A stretch of 64,000 nt of DNA, from assembly GCA_030765505.1 (NCBI GenBank), contig JAVCCL010000001.1, positions 12,306 to 76,305 on the forward strand. The letters run 5' to 3'. A program made the translations under genes and the position numbers. The notes beneath the pieces are model-generated. The model saw only the letters and a list, made by a program, of their open reading frames with translations, had not been told where the DNA came from and did no database searches. The stretch comes from Candidatus Kaelpia imicola. GTDB lineage: Bacteria > Omnitrophota > Gorgyraeia > Kaelpiales > Kaelpiaceae. Positions 18,955-27,833 of this stretch are shown here, piece after piece. The stretch's first letter is position 1. Every line of letters begins with the position of its first letter.

Positions 18955-20442
18955 GTGAAAACAATAGGCCTTGTTTTAATCTCTGCATCTATCCTCTTTT
19001 TTTTCCTGGGTCATCTCTCTTTGATAGATCCCGACGAGGGCCGTTATGCAGAGTCTGCCCGAGAGATGATGAATTCCAATCAATATCTTATTCCTCTTCT
19101 TAACTCAGCTCCGCGGATTAATAAGCCGATACTTTTCTACTGGACGATTGTAGCATCTTATAAAATATTCGGTGTTAATGAGTTTGCAGCTCGTTTTCCC
19201 TCGGCTTTGTCAGGTTTGGGTCTCATTTTGGGACTATACTTGTTTGTAAAAGAAGAGAAAAAAGAGAAGAGGTCTTTTATCCCGATGTTGGTATTATTAA
19301 GCTCGCCTGCTTTCTTAATAAGTTCGCGTATCGCTATAACAGATATGCTTTTTACGACTTTTATTATTTTTTCTATCTTCACTTTTTGGCTTGGCTTGGG
19401 TAATAAGAAGTTTATATTTTTGTCTTTTATCTTTGCCGGGCTATCCTTGGCTACTAAAGGTCCGGCAGGGGTGCTGTTAATTTTTCTCTCTATCTTACTA
19501 TTCTCTATTATTGAAAGAGATAGGTCTTATTTCAAAAGGCTCTTCAATCCCTGGGGAATTATGATTATGCTTTTGATAGGGGGAGGATGGTATTTGATGC
19601 TTTTCTTTAAAATAGGCCAAGCCGATTTTTTTGAGCTTATAAGAGAAGAGACATTAGGGAGGTTTCAAGAGGGTTTTGTGCATAGAGAGCCTTTCTACTA
19701 TTATATTCCTTTGATATTTGCAGGTTTTATACCTTGGTCTTTCTTTTTTTTCAGGTTAAGAAAATCTGATTTATCAACAAGATTGAATAGATTTTTAATC
19801 TGTTATGTTTTTGTAGCAGTTCTGTTTTTCAGTCTCTGCAAAAGTAAACTTCCAACCTATATTCTATCTATCTTCCCGCTATTAGCCATAGTGCTTGGCG
19901 ATAGTATAGAGAGGGCTTGGGAGAAAAGGACAAAAGCGGGATTGTTTTTCTTTTTCACGTTGACAGCTGTTAGCTTGGCTCTTAGATTCATCCCCCCGAA
20001 TTTTATAGATGTCGGGGTAAGTCTGTCTTTCTACAGCATAGCTTTGATAATCTTTCTCATAGCCGTCCCTCTATTGATGCTGTATAAAAAAAAGCTTAAG
20101 ATCCAGTTTCTATACCTTTTTCTATCCCCTGTTCTGATATACTTTTATCTCTTGCTATCTTACGGAGATGCATTCTCTAATTACCGCTCGACTGAGAGTC
20201 TCTTTAGAGAGAGAGATTTAAATGCTGAGACTATATATACTTGGAAATTCTTTAAACCCAGCATTCTCTTTTATTCCAAGTCTAAAGTGAAGGAGATAGA
20301 AGGAATAGAGGATTTTAAAGGTAACTATATTATAACCCCTAAGAAAGAGCTCTCTTTTTTGAAGGAGAGATTGCCCTCTTTTGAGATAATATCCGAGACA
20401 GATAAATATTATTTGGTTAAGGTACAAAAGTTACAAAAATAG
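18955..20442 (+). CDS. ArnT-like GT83/GT39 polyprenol-P-sugar-dependent glycosyltransferase
   Basis: DPDEGRYAESAREMM is the canonical ArnT/PMT_2 loop motif. About 12 TM helices. The start is GTG. Confidence 0.8.
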   Translation: MKTIGLVLISASILFFFLGHLSLIDPDEGRYAESAREMMNSNQYLIPLLNSAPRINKPILFYWTIVASYKIFGVNEFAARFPSALSGLGLILGLYLFVKEEKKEKRSFIPMLVLLSSPAFLISSRIAITDMLFTTFIIFSIFTFWLGLGNKKFIFLSFIFAGLSLATKGPAGVLLIFLSILLFSIIERDRSYFKRLFNPWGIMIMLLIGGGWYLMLFFKIGQADFFELIREETLGRFQEGFVHREPFYYYIPLIFAGFIPWSFFFFRLRKSDLSTRLNRFLICYVFVAVLFFSLCKSKLPTYILSIFPLLAIVLGDSIERAWEKRTKAGLFFFFTLTAVSLALRFIPPNFIDVGVSLSFYSIALIIFLIAVPLLMLYKKKLKIQFLYLFLSPVLIYFYLLLSYGDAFSNYRSTESLFRERDLNAETIYTWKFFKPSILFYSKSKVKEIEGIEDFKGNYIITPKKELSFLKERLPSFEIISETDKYYLVKVQKLQK

Positions 20443-20478
20443 TTTGATTCTGTAACCCAAAAGATATAAAATCCCTCT

Positions 20479-21582
20479 ATGGCTGAAATACTGACCAATC
20501 CTTTTACTCCGCAATCAGGTCTTGAACCAAAAATCTTAGGCGGGAGAGAGCAGCTGGTTAAAGATTTCTCTAGCCTCTTGCAAAGGAGGAGAGAGAGAGA
20601 GTATTTTCATCTACTACTTTTAGGAGAGTGGGGAAGAGGTAAGACTTCTCTTCTTAAATGTTACAAGAGAGTCTCTCAGAATGAAGCTTCTAAAGCAGTG
20701 TATACCTCTTTAGCTAAAAGCGGTCCTAGAGATTCTTATAGAGATGTTCTGTCGTCAATTGTTGAGGAGATATCTTTTGGGCTCGGTTTAAATATCGACC
20801 TCTCTCTTTTTCAGAATAGATCAAAAAATATAGCCATCTTGCTTGTTGAAGTGTTGAAGAATATTTTTAAAGGTTCAAACTCCCAGATGTTGGTAGTTCT
20901 AGTCGACGATATTCAGAATATCTCTGATATGCCTAAAGTTTTAGATCTCTTGAGGCTTGCCCTCTCAAATGAAGATTTGATAAAAGAGACTAATATTCTT
21001 TTTGTGCTTGCCTCAACCCCTTCGGGCTGGGCTAATTTTTTAAAGAGATATGATCCTATAGGTAGATTTTTTCGAAAAAAACAGATACTAAATAAACTCT
21101 CAAAAGATAGCCTTACAACTACAGTAAAGAATACTCTTAGTGGTACAGGGGTTATCTTTGAAGGCAGCATTATAGCTAATTGCTGGGATTACTCTGAAGG
21201 CCATCCATATGAGCTGCAGCTTCTGGCGAATCATCTTTATGATAATCAGATAAAAGGGGTTGTGAGTGAAGAGTGCTGGGAGGTTTCGTTGCTCAATACA
21301 TTAAAAGACCTTGGGATTGAATACTTCTCTTCACTATATGATAAGGCCAGCGAGAGAGAGAAAGAACTGCTTTATATATTTGCAGAGAAAAGAGATTACC
21401 TTAGCCTCTCTCAGCTAAGAGATGTAATTATATTTGAGAAGAAGATAAAAAACTACCCTGTCTCCAATATTAAGAACTTTGTCTATAGGTTAGTAGATAA
21501 GGATCTTATTCTACGGCGGAATGATAAAAAATATAGAATCTTAGATAGGATGTTTGCAGAATATATTTTAAGGTTTAGATAA
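20479..21582 (+). CDS. AAA+ ATPase (archaeal-ATPase/ORC-like P-loop protein)
   Basis: The Walker A motif is GEWGRGKTSLL. A Walker B-like motif is VVLVDDIQ. Confidence 0.6.
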   Translation: MAEILTNPFTPQSGLEPKILGGREQLVKDFSSLLQRRREREYFHLLLLGEWGRGKTSLLKCYKRVSQNEASKAVYTSLAKSGPRDSYRDVLSSIVEEISFGLGLNIDLSLFQNRSKNIAILLVEVLKNIFKGSNSQMLVVLVDDIQNISDMPKVLDLLRLALSNEDLIKETNILFVLASTPSGWANFLKRYDPIGRFFRKKQILNKLSKDSLTTTVKNTLSGTGVIFEGSIIANCWDYSEGHPYELQLLANHLYDNQIKGVVSEECWEVSLLNTLKDLGIEYFSSLYDKASEREKELLYIFAEKRDYLSLSQLRDVIIFEKKIKNYPVSNIKNFVYRLVDKDLILRRNDKKYRILDRMFAEYILRFR

Positions 21583-21586
21583 GAAG

Positions 21587-22498
21587 ATGAATTGTAAAAT
21601 CTGCGGTAACAAAGCTTCTTTTAAATTAAAGAGTCATAATTTAAAACTCTGTGAAGAGGATTTTAAAGTTTTTCTGGACAGACAGTTTAGGCGTGCAATA
21701 ACAGATATGAAGATGTTTAACAGGCAGGAGTCTATTCTTGTTGCTGTCTCAGGAGGTAAAGATTCGCTTCTCTGCTGGCATCTCATTAACAAGCTGGCCT
21801 ACAGGAGTGAGGGTGTTTTTTTAGACTTAGGCATAGAAGGCTTTTCCAGTGCCAGCAAAGATAAAATATTTAAGTTTGCAAAAGAGAGAGAGCTTAAGTT
21901 TAAAGTATTAAAAGTTGAAGAGTTGACAGGACTTGATATAAGAATGATGCTGAAAAAGAAAAGGTTCTGTGCAGTATGCGGGATGGTTAAAAGATATTGG
22001 TTGAATAGATATGCTTATGAGAATGGCTTTAGTGTTATAGCTACAGGACATAATTTGGAAGATGAGAGTGCAGTTCTTCTTGGCAATATACTGCACTGGC
22101 AGTTGGGCTATATCAGAAGGCAGTCTCCCAGGCTTGATGCAGTTGGTTCTAAGCTTATCAGGCGGGTAAAGCCGCTCTATAAGATGAGCGAATATGAGAT
22201 AAGGACTTACGCTAGATTAGAAGGCATAGATTACCTTAGTGATAGTTGCCCGTTCAAAAAAGGTAATACTCAGGATATATATAAAGAAGCCCTCTCTTTA
22301 ATAGAAGAATATTCTCCAGGTACAAGAAACAATTTCCTATTTCAGTTTTTGGATAAAAAGGAAGATATATTTGAGAAAGAGGAGAGTGTTCAATTAAATG
22401 AATGTTCTAAGTGTGGTATGTTGACAACTCAAGAGACCTGTTCATATTGTAAATTGATAGGAAAGGAGAAAGCTAGATATGAGCTTCAAGAAAAATGA
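21587..22498 (+). CDS. ttuA: TtuA-like PP-loop tRNA 2-thiolation ATPase
   Basis: The PP-loop SGGKDS is present. The N-terminal Zn finger is CKICGN..C. The C-terminal Zn finger is CSKCG..CSYC. Confidence 0.65.
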   Translation: MNCKICGNKASFKLKSHNLKLCEEDFKVFLDRQFRRAITDMKMFNRQESILVAVSGGKDSLLCWHLINKLAYRSEGVFLDLGIEGFSSASKDKIFKFAKERELKFKVLKVEELTGLDIRMMLKKKRFCAVCGMVKRYWLNRYAYENGFSVIATGHNLEDESAVLLGNILHWQLGYIRRQSPRLDAVGSKLIRRVKPLYKMSEYEIRTYARLEGIDYLSDSCPFKKGNTQDIYKEALSLIEEYSPGTRNNFLFQFLDKKEDIFEKEESVQLNECSKCGMLTTQETCSYCKLIGKEKARYELQEK

Positions 22499-23270
22499 AC
22501 TTGTTATAGTGAGGGATGATAAAAATAAAACCTATCTCCAGAGACTGGATATTAAGGGCAGGTTTCAGTCTCACGTGGGCATAGTCTATCATAAGGATAT
22601 AATCGGGAAGGAAGAGGGGGAGGCGTTTTTAACGTCTACAAATAGAGAGGTTACGGTATTCTACCCCACCTTAAATGATTTTATACAGAAGATGAGCAGG
22701 AAGACAGCCATAATACATCCTAAGGATATAGGGGTGATACTTTTCTGGGCGGATATTAAGCCGGGAGACAGAATAGTTGAAGCAGGCACAGGTTCCGGAG
22801 CGCTGCTTTTAGCGTTGAGTCGTTATGTAGGCAGGGAAGGTCATATATATTCATATGACAACCGTTCTGAGTTGCAGGATGTTGCACGGAAAAATTTAGA
22901 GAAGTTCTATAATAAATTCCCCGGCAATGTGACCTTAAAACAGCAGGATATTGCCAATGGGATAGACGAGGATAGTTTGGATGCTATAGTACTGGATTTC
23001 TCTCAACCCTGGGAGGTTATACCTGAAGCAGTTAACTCCTTACGAAGAGGAGGGAGCTTCTCCTCTTATGTACCGACCATTATTCAGGCTGAGAGGTTTG
23101 TTAAAGAGATAGAAGTAACTGAATCTTTCCTGGACATAGAGATAGTTGAGGTATTAATTAGGCCTTGGCAGATAAAGGGTTATAGCGTTAGGCCGCAGCA
23201 TAGGATGGTAGGCCATACAGGTTTTATGGTCTTTGCCAGATTTAAAGGCTCTTTGAATACTAAAAAATAA
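22479..23270 (+). CDS. trmI: tRNA (adenine58-N1)-methyltransferase TrmI/Gcd14-like
   Basis: DIKPGDRIVEAGTGSGALLLALSRYVGREGHIYSYD. Confidence 0.75.
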   Translation: MSFKKNELVIVRDDKNKTYLQRLDIKGRFQSHVGIVYHKDIIGKEEGEAFLTSTNREVTVFYPTLNDFIQKMSRKTAIIHPKDIGVILFWADIKPGDRIVEAGTGSGALLLALSRYVGREGHIYSYDNRSELQDVARKNLEKFYNKFPGNVTLKQQDIANGIDEDSLDAIVLDFSQPWEVIPEAVNSLRRGGSFSSYVPTIIQAERFVKEIEVTESFLDIEIVEVLIRPWQIKGYSVRPQHRMVGHTGFMVFARFKGSLNTKK

Positions 23271-23299
23271 GATTGATTATTTAATTTTTAATCTTTGAC

Positions 23300-25267
23300 G
23301 TGAAGATACTTATTATAACTTTAAGCAATATAGGCGATGCTGTCCTAACGACAGGAGTATTAGAAGCTTTAAAGACTAAATTTCCTAACCTTATTTTAGA
23401 TATTGCGGTTGATGAAAGAGCTCAGAGTGTATTCTCTTGCGATGAGAGGGTCAACCGGATTCATCTATATAAGAAGGGCTTCTCTTTCTTAGATAAGTTT
23501 AGATTTTTTATAGATTTAAGAGAGGAGAAATATAATTTAGTAGTGGATTTAAAGAATATCTTCGCATCTTTTTTGATAACATTCCGACCTTTAAAAAGCA
23601 AAAAAATCAAGGCCCATACTTATTTTAAACATAATATGGTTTTAAGAAGGTTTTTTAACAGAGAGGAACTTAGTAACTTTAAGCCTAAGGTTTTATGGAG
23701 CGAGAAAGAGAGAGAGTATATAGATTCGTTTGGATTGAATAAGTATTTAATAATATCTGCTATTGCAAAGAGCTCCACTAAGTCTTGGCCTTTAGAGCAT
23801 TTTAAAGTTCTGATAACACTTCTTTTAAAGAAGTATCCCGACTTAGATATTGTTTTAACAGGCAGCGATGAGGAGAGAAGTATTTTAGAAGAGTTGGTTA
23901 TAGATGATAGAGTTAAGAACTTTGGAGCTAAGACTACGATACCTCAGTTAGCCTGTTTAATAGCGGGGGCAGGGGTAGTTATAACAAACGATAGTGCATC
24001 TTTGCACCTGGCTTCGAGCTCAAATACACCTACGGCTGCAATCTTCGGCCCTACGTCTGCAGTCAAATACGGGCCGTTAGCAGATAACTCAGCTCTTATC
24101 AAAAGAGGTTATCCCTGCTCGCCTTGCGAGAGAGCTCAATGTATCTTTTCCGATAAGAGATGTCTGGAGTCTATTAAGCCAGGTTATATTTTAAATGTTG
24201 TCGAGAAGATATTAAAAGGAAAAGAAAGAAATAAGAACGACGAATACAACAGGATTCTTCTTAGCCGCACAGATAGGATCGGCGATCTCCTGCTTACTAC
24301 TCCGGCTATTGAAGCGGTGCGAGATAAATTCCCCAATACATATATCTGTTTTCTCTCTAGCTCTAAGACGAAGGCGCTTTTAAAAGATAATCCTTATATT
24401 GATGAAATAATCGGTTTAGATAAAGATAAAAATCATAAAGGTATCTTAGGATTTTTAAGGCTGCTTAGAGAGATCAAAAAAAAGAAGTTTGATCTGGTTA
24501 TTCATTTTCATCCTACAAATAGAAATCATCTGCTCTCTTTTTTTGGGGGTATTCCGAAAAGAGCGGGCTATGATTGTAAATTAGGTTTATTTAATAACAT
24601 AAGAGTTGAACACAAGAAGCAGGAAGGTAAAGAGTCAGAAGCAGAGTATAATTTTGATCTTCTTGAAAAAATAGGAATTGATAAGGTGTCTTTAAATCAA
24701 TTTGTAACTCCTGATAGAGATGCTTTAGAGTGGGTAGATAATGAGCTTCAAAGTAAAAATATAGCCCGCTTTATTGTTATCCATCCCGGAGCGTCTTGTA
24801 AATCAAAACTCTGGGATTTAGAAAATTTTGTAGAACTTTCAAAAAGAATAAAACTTGAAAATAACTTAGAGGTTGTATTTATATTAGGCCCTGATGATGA
24901 AGAGTTGAAAGATAGATTGAATCAATGTTTAGATTCAGGCTTGTATCTTTATTGCGATATTACTTTAGAGAGACTGGTAGCTTTAATATCAAGGGCCTCT
25001 TTTATGATATCCAATGATTCAGGCCCCATGCATATAGCCGATAGTCTATGCAAGCCTTTGATTGTGATATTCGGGAGGAATCAGGCCGGACTTTCGTATA
25101 GACGCTGGGGTCCTTTAGGAGAGAATGCTAAAGTAATATATGAAGATTCAGGGTGCGTAGAGTGCCTTGCTCATAACTGTAAAAAAGGTTTTATCTGTCT
25201 TAAGAATATTAGAGTCGATAGAGTCTATGATCAATTTGTAAAGATGGTAAGCGAGATTCATCTATGA
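23300..25267 (+). CDS. Tandem double GT9 (heptosyltransferase-like) fusion protein
   Basis: Two complete GT9 units. The first has ITLSNIGDAVLTTGVLEAL ... TNDSASLHLASS. The second has RIGDLLLTTPAIEAV ... SNDSGPMHIADS. The start is GTG. Confidence 0.75.
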   Translation: MKILIITLSNIGDAVLTTGVLEALKTKFPNLILDIAVDERAQSVFSCDERVNRIHLYKKGFSFLDKFRFFIDLREEKYNLVVDLKNIFASFLITFRPLKSKKIKAHTYFKHNMVLRRFFNREELSNFKPKVLWSEKEREYIDSFGLNKYLIISAIAKSSTKSWPLEHFKVLITLLLKKYPDLDIVLTGSDEERSILEELVIDDRVKNFGAKTTIPQLACLIAGAGVVITNDSASLHLASSSNTPTAAIFGPTSAVKYGPLADNSALIKRGYPCSPCERAQCIFSDKRCLESIKPGYILNVVEKILKGKERNKNDEYNRILLSRTDRIGDLLLTTPAIEAVRDKFPNTYICFLSSSKTKALLKDNPYIDEIIGLDKDKNHKGILGFLRLLREIKKKKFDLVIHFHPTNRNHLLSFFGGIPKRAGYDCKLGLFNNIRVEHKKQEGKESEAEYNFDLLEKIGIDKVSLNQFVTPDRDALEWVDNELQSKNIARFIVIHPGASCKSKLWDLENFVELSKRIKLENNLEVVFILGPDDEELKDRLNQCLDSGLYLYCDITLERLVALISRASFMISNDSGPMHIADSLCKPLIVIFGRNQAGLSYRRWGPLGENAKVIYEDSGCVECLAHNCKKGFICLKNIRVDRVYDQFVKMVSEIHL

Positions 25268-26061
25268 AAAGATTGCTATTGGTTTTTATCTTAATTCTAA
25301 ATATCTCTTGTGCCAGAAGAATGGCTATGAGACCTCCAGCTATCTACAATAGAGAGTGGCAAGAGAAAGATATTGTTATACCAAAAAGCGAGATGGCCGA
25401 TTTTATTCATGAGAAGTTTTTCTATAAGATTCGCTGGTTTGGATTGACTGTTGCCGAGGCTGAATTTAAAAATTTAGGATTAGAAGAGTATAACGAAGTT
25501 GAATGCTACCATATAGTTATAAAAGTACGGACACATAAGGTTTTAAGTTTTATATTTAAGGTTAGAGATGAGTTCCATTCTTATATTGACAGCGAGAGCT
25601 TAAAACCCTTGGCCTATATAGTCAAAAGAAGAGAGGGTGGGTATCGCTCTGAATCAGAGACAATATTTGATTATGAAAATAATAAGTTAATATACCGTTC
25701 TCTTCTTGATGATTCTGAAAAAGAGATAGATCTAGAACCTGACTATTATGATTTTTTCAGCTGCTTCTATAAATTTAGAACCTCTGATTTCAATGAAGAT
25801 CTCTATAGTTTTAAAGTGGTTCAAAGGGCAAAAATATGGCAGGTAGATATTAACGTCGTGAAGAAAGGTCTTCTTGAGTTGCGCGGGCATGGTACTCCGG
25901 ATGTTATCTTAGTCAATATTAAAGCATCAAGTGGACAGGAGAAGGCAAGAGGAGAGGCCTGGATCTGGTTCTCCGGGGATAAAAATAAGGTTCCTTTACT
26001 GGGCCAGTTTAATATTGATATACCTGTTGTAGGGACTGTAAGAGCGGCACTTGAGCCCTGA
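25264..26061 (+). CDS. Lipoprotein, DUF3108-like
   Basis: Signal peptide plus lipobox (LNISC). KIRWFGLTVAEAEF is the pattern I associate with DUF3108. Confidence 0.45.
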   Translation: MKRLLLVFILILNISCARRMAMRPPAIYNREWQEKDIVIPKSEMADFIHEKFFYKIRWFGLTVAEAEFKNLGLEEYNEVECYHIVIKVRTHKVLSFIFKVRDEFHSYIDSESLKPLAYIVKRREGGYRSESETIFDYENNKLIYRSLLDDSEKEIDLEPDYYDFFSCFYKFRTSDFNEDLYSFKVVQRAKIWQVDINVVKKGLLELRGHGTPDVILVNIKASSGQEKARGEAWIWFSGDKNKVPLLGQFNIDIPVVGTVRAALEP

Positions 26062-26082
26062 CGCTTATTTAGACCTCTTTTC

Positions 26083-27135
26083 TTGAATAATGAGTTCTAC
26101 AATGCTATTATCTTAGGCATGGCTAATAAAGCTATCCCAGACTGGGTTTTAAAGAACGGGGATTCGGTTAAATCTATTCTTGAGCGGTTTAGGAAAAAGA
26201 GAATTCTTATTATCGGTGATTTGATTTTAGATCAGTTTATCTGGGGTGATGTCTCGCGTATCTCGCCTGAGGCTCCGGTGCCTGTTGTCTGGGTAAAGAG
26301 AGAGTCTTATATGCCCGGAGGAGCTTGTAATGTTGCCCATAATCTATCTGAGCTGGGTTCTAAGGTATCTGTTGTGGGTATAGTTGGTGATGATGCCAAT
26401 GGAGGTATACTTTTGTCGGAGCTCAATAATATAGGAATAGATACAGCTAAAATTATCAGAGATTCCTCACGTCCCACAACACATAAGGTGAGGGTTATTG
26501 CTCACTCTCAGCAGGTTGTCAGGATAGATAGAGAGAACCCTGAGGCTGTGAGCAGAAAATCAATCAACTCTATTTTGGATATGCTAGAGGAAGAGGTTAA
26601 GGAGGCAGACGCAGTCATTATAGAAGATTATGGTAAGGGACTAATAACCTCTCAGCTTGTAAAAAGAGTAGTTGAGTTAGGCAAGAAGTTTAAAAAAGTT
26701 ATAACAGTTGATCCCAAGAAAGAGCATTTTAAATACTATAAAGGTATCACTGCGATCACTCCCAACAGAGCAGAAGCAGAAGAGGCTGTTGGTTTTAAGA
26801 TAGAAGACGAGGAGAGTCTTAAGAGAGCAGGCGGTAAATTGATAAAAAAATTGAATGCTAAGTCAGCCCTGATTACATTGGGAGATAAAGGAATCTATCT
26901 CTTTGAGAGTAGAAAAAGACCGCTGCATATTCCTACTATGGCTCGCCAGGTCTATGATGTCTCTGGTGCAGGAGATACTGTGATTGCAGTCTTTACTCTT
27001 ACAGTTGCCTCTGGTGCAAGTTTGGCTCAGGCGGCATATATCGCTAATCAAGCAGCAGGGATAGTTGTAGGCAAGATAGGAACAGCAACGGTGAGCAAGA
27101 GAGAGCTCTGGGGAGAGATAAGGAAGTGGAAGTAG
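26083..27135 (+). CDS. D-glycero-beta-D-manno-heptose 7-phosphate kinase (HldE domain I / RfaE-I, pfkB family)
   Basis: ILIIGDLILDQFIWGDVSRISPEAPVPVV and DVSGAGDT (ribokinase motif). The adenylyltransferase domain is absent. Confidence 0.8.
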   Translation: MNNEFYNAIILGMANKAIPDWVLKNGDSVKSILERFRKKRILIIGDLILDQFIWGDVSRISPEAPVPVVWVKRESYMPGGACNVAHNLSELGSKVSVVGIVGDDANGGILLSELNNIGIDTAKIIRDSSRPTTHKVRVIAHSQQVVRIDRENPEAVSRKSINSILDMLEEEVKEADAVIIEDYGKGLITSQLVKRVVELGKKFKKVITVDPKKEHFKYYKGITAITPNRAEAEEAVGFKIEDEESLKRAGGKLIKKLNAKSALITLGDKGIYLFESRKRPLHIPTMARQVYDVSGAGDTVIAVFTLTVASGASLAQAAYIANQAAGIVVGKIGTATVSKRELWGEIRKWK

Positions 27136-27833
27136 CAGCTGTTATACCCGCACATCTTGATTCAAAGCGGCTCTATAGGAAAGTCTTAAGAAAGATAAAA
27201 GGTAAGAGTTTAATTGAGCATGTATATTATCGTGTTAAAGAATCCAAATATATTGAGAAGGTCTATGTTGCCTCATCGGATAGAGAGATAATAGATGAGG
27301 TAGTCTCTTTTGGGGGAGAATTTATAAAGACAACCAAAATTCACAACTGCGGAACTTCGAGGGTCTCAGAGGCGTCTTCCTCTCTGGATGCAGCTGTTAT
27401 TATAAATGTTCAGGCCGATGAACCTTTAATATCTCATGAGTTGCTTGATGAGATGGCAAGATATATGACGGATAACAGAGATATAGAGATATTGACTCCG
27501 GTTAGAAAGATTACAGAGTTTGATGAGATTGATAATAAGAACGTTGTTAAGGTTGTGTTTAATAAAGATAATAAAGCATTGTACTTCTCTCGTTTACCTA
27601 TACCTCATGGCGGAGAGGAGTATTATAAGCATATAGGCAGCTACTGTTTTAGGAAGAGTTTTCTGCTCTCTTATTCTGAGCTAGAAGAGAGCAGTATTGA
27701 TAAAGCTGAGAAATTAGAACAGTTGAGATTTTTGTATAATGGTTATAGAATAGCTGTATTTGTTACAGAGCATGAGACTATTGGTGTTGATACAGAAGAA
27801 GATTTAAGAAGAGTAGAGGAGATATTGGGTTGA
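27126..27833 (+). CDS. kdsB: 3-deoxy-manno-octulosonate cytidylyltransferase (CMP-Kdo synthetase)
   Basis: AVIPAHLDSKRLYRKVL and VINVQADEPLI. The start is GTG. Confidence 0.8.
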   Translation: MEVAAVIPAHLDSKRLYRKVLRKIKGKSLIEHVYYRVKESKYIEKVYVASSDREIIDEVVSFGGEFIKTTKIHNCGTSRVSEASSSLDAAVIINVQADEPLISHELLDEMARYMTDNRDIEILTPVRKITEFDEIDNKNVVKVVFNKDNKALYFSRLPIPHGGEEYYKHIGSYCFRKSFLLSYSELEESSIDKAEKLEQLRFLYNGYRIAVFVTEHETIGVDTEEDLRRVEEILG

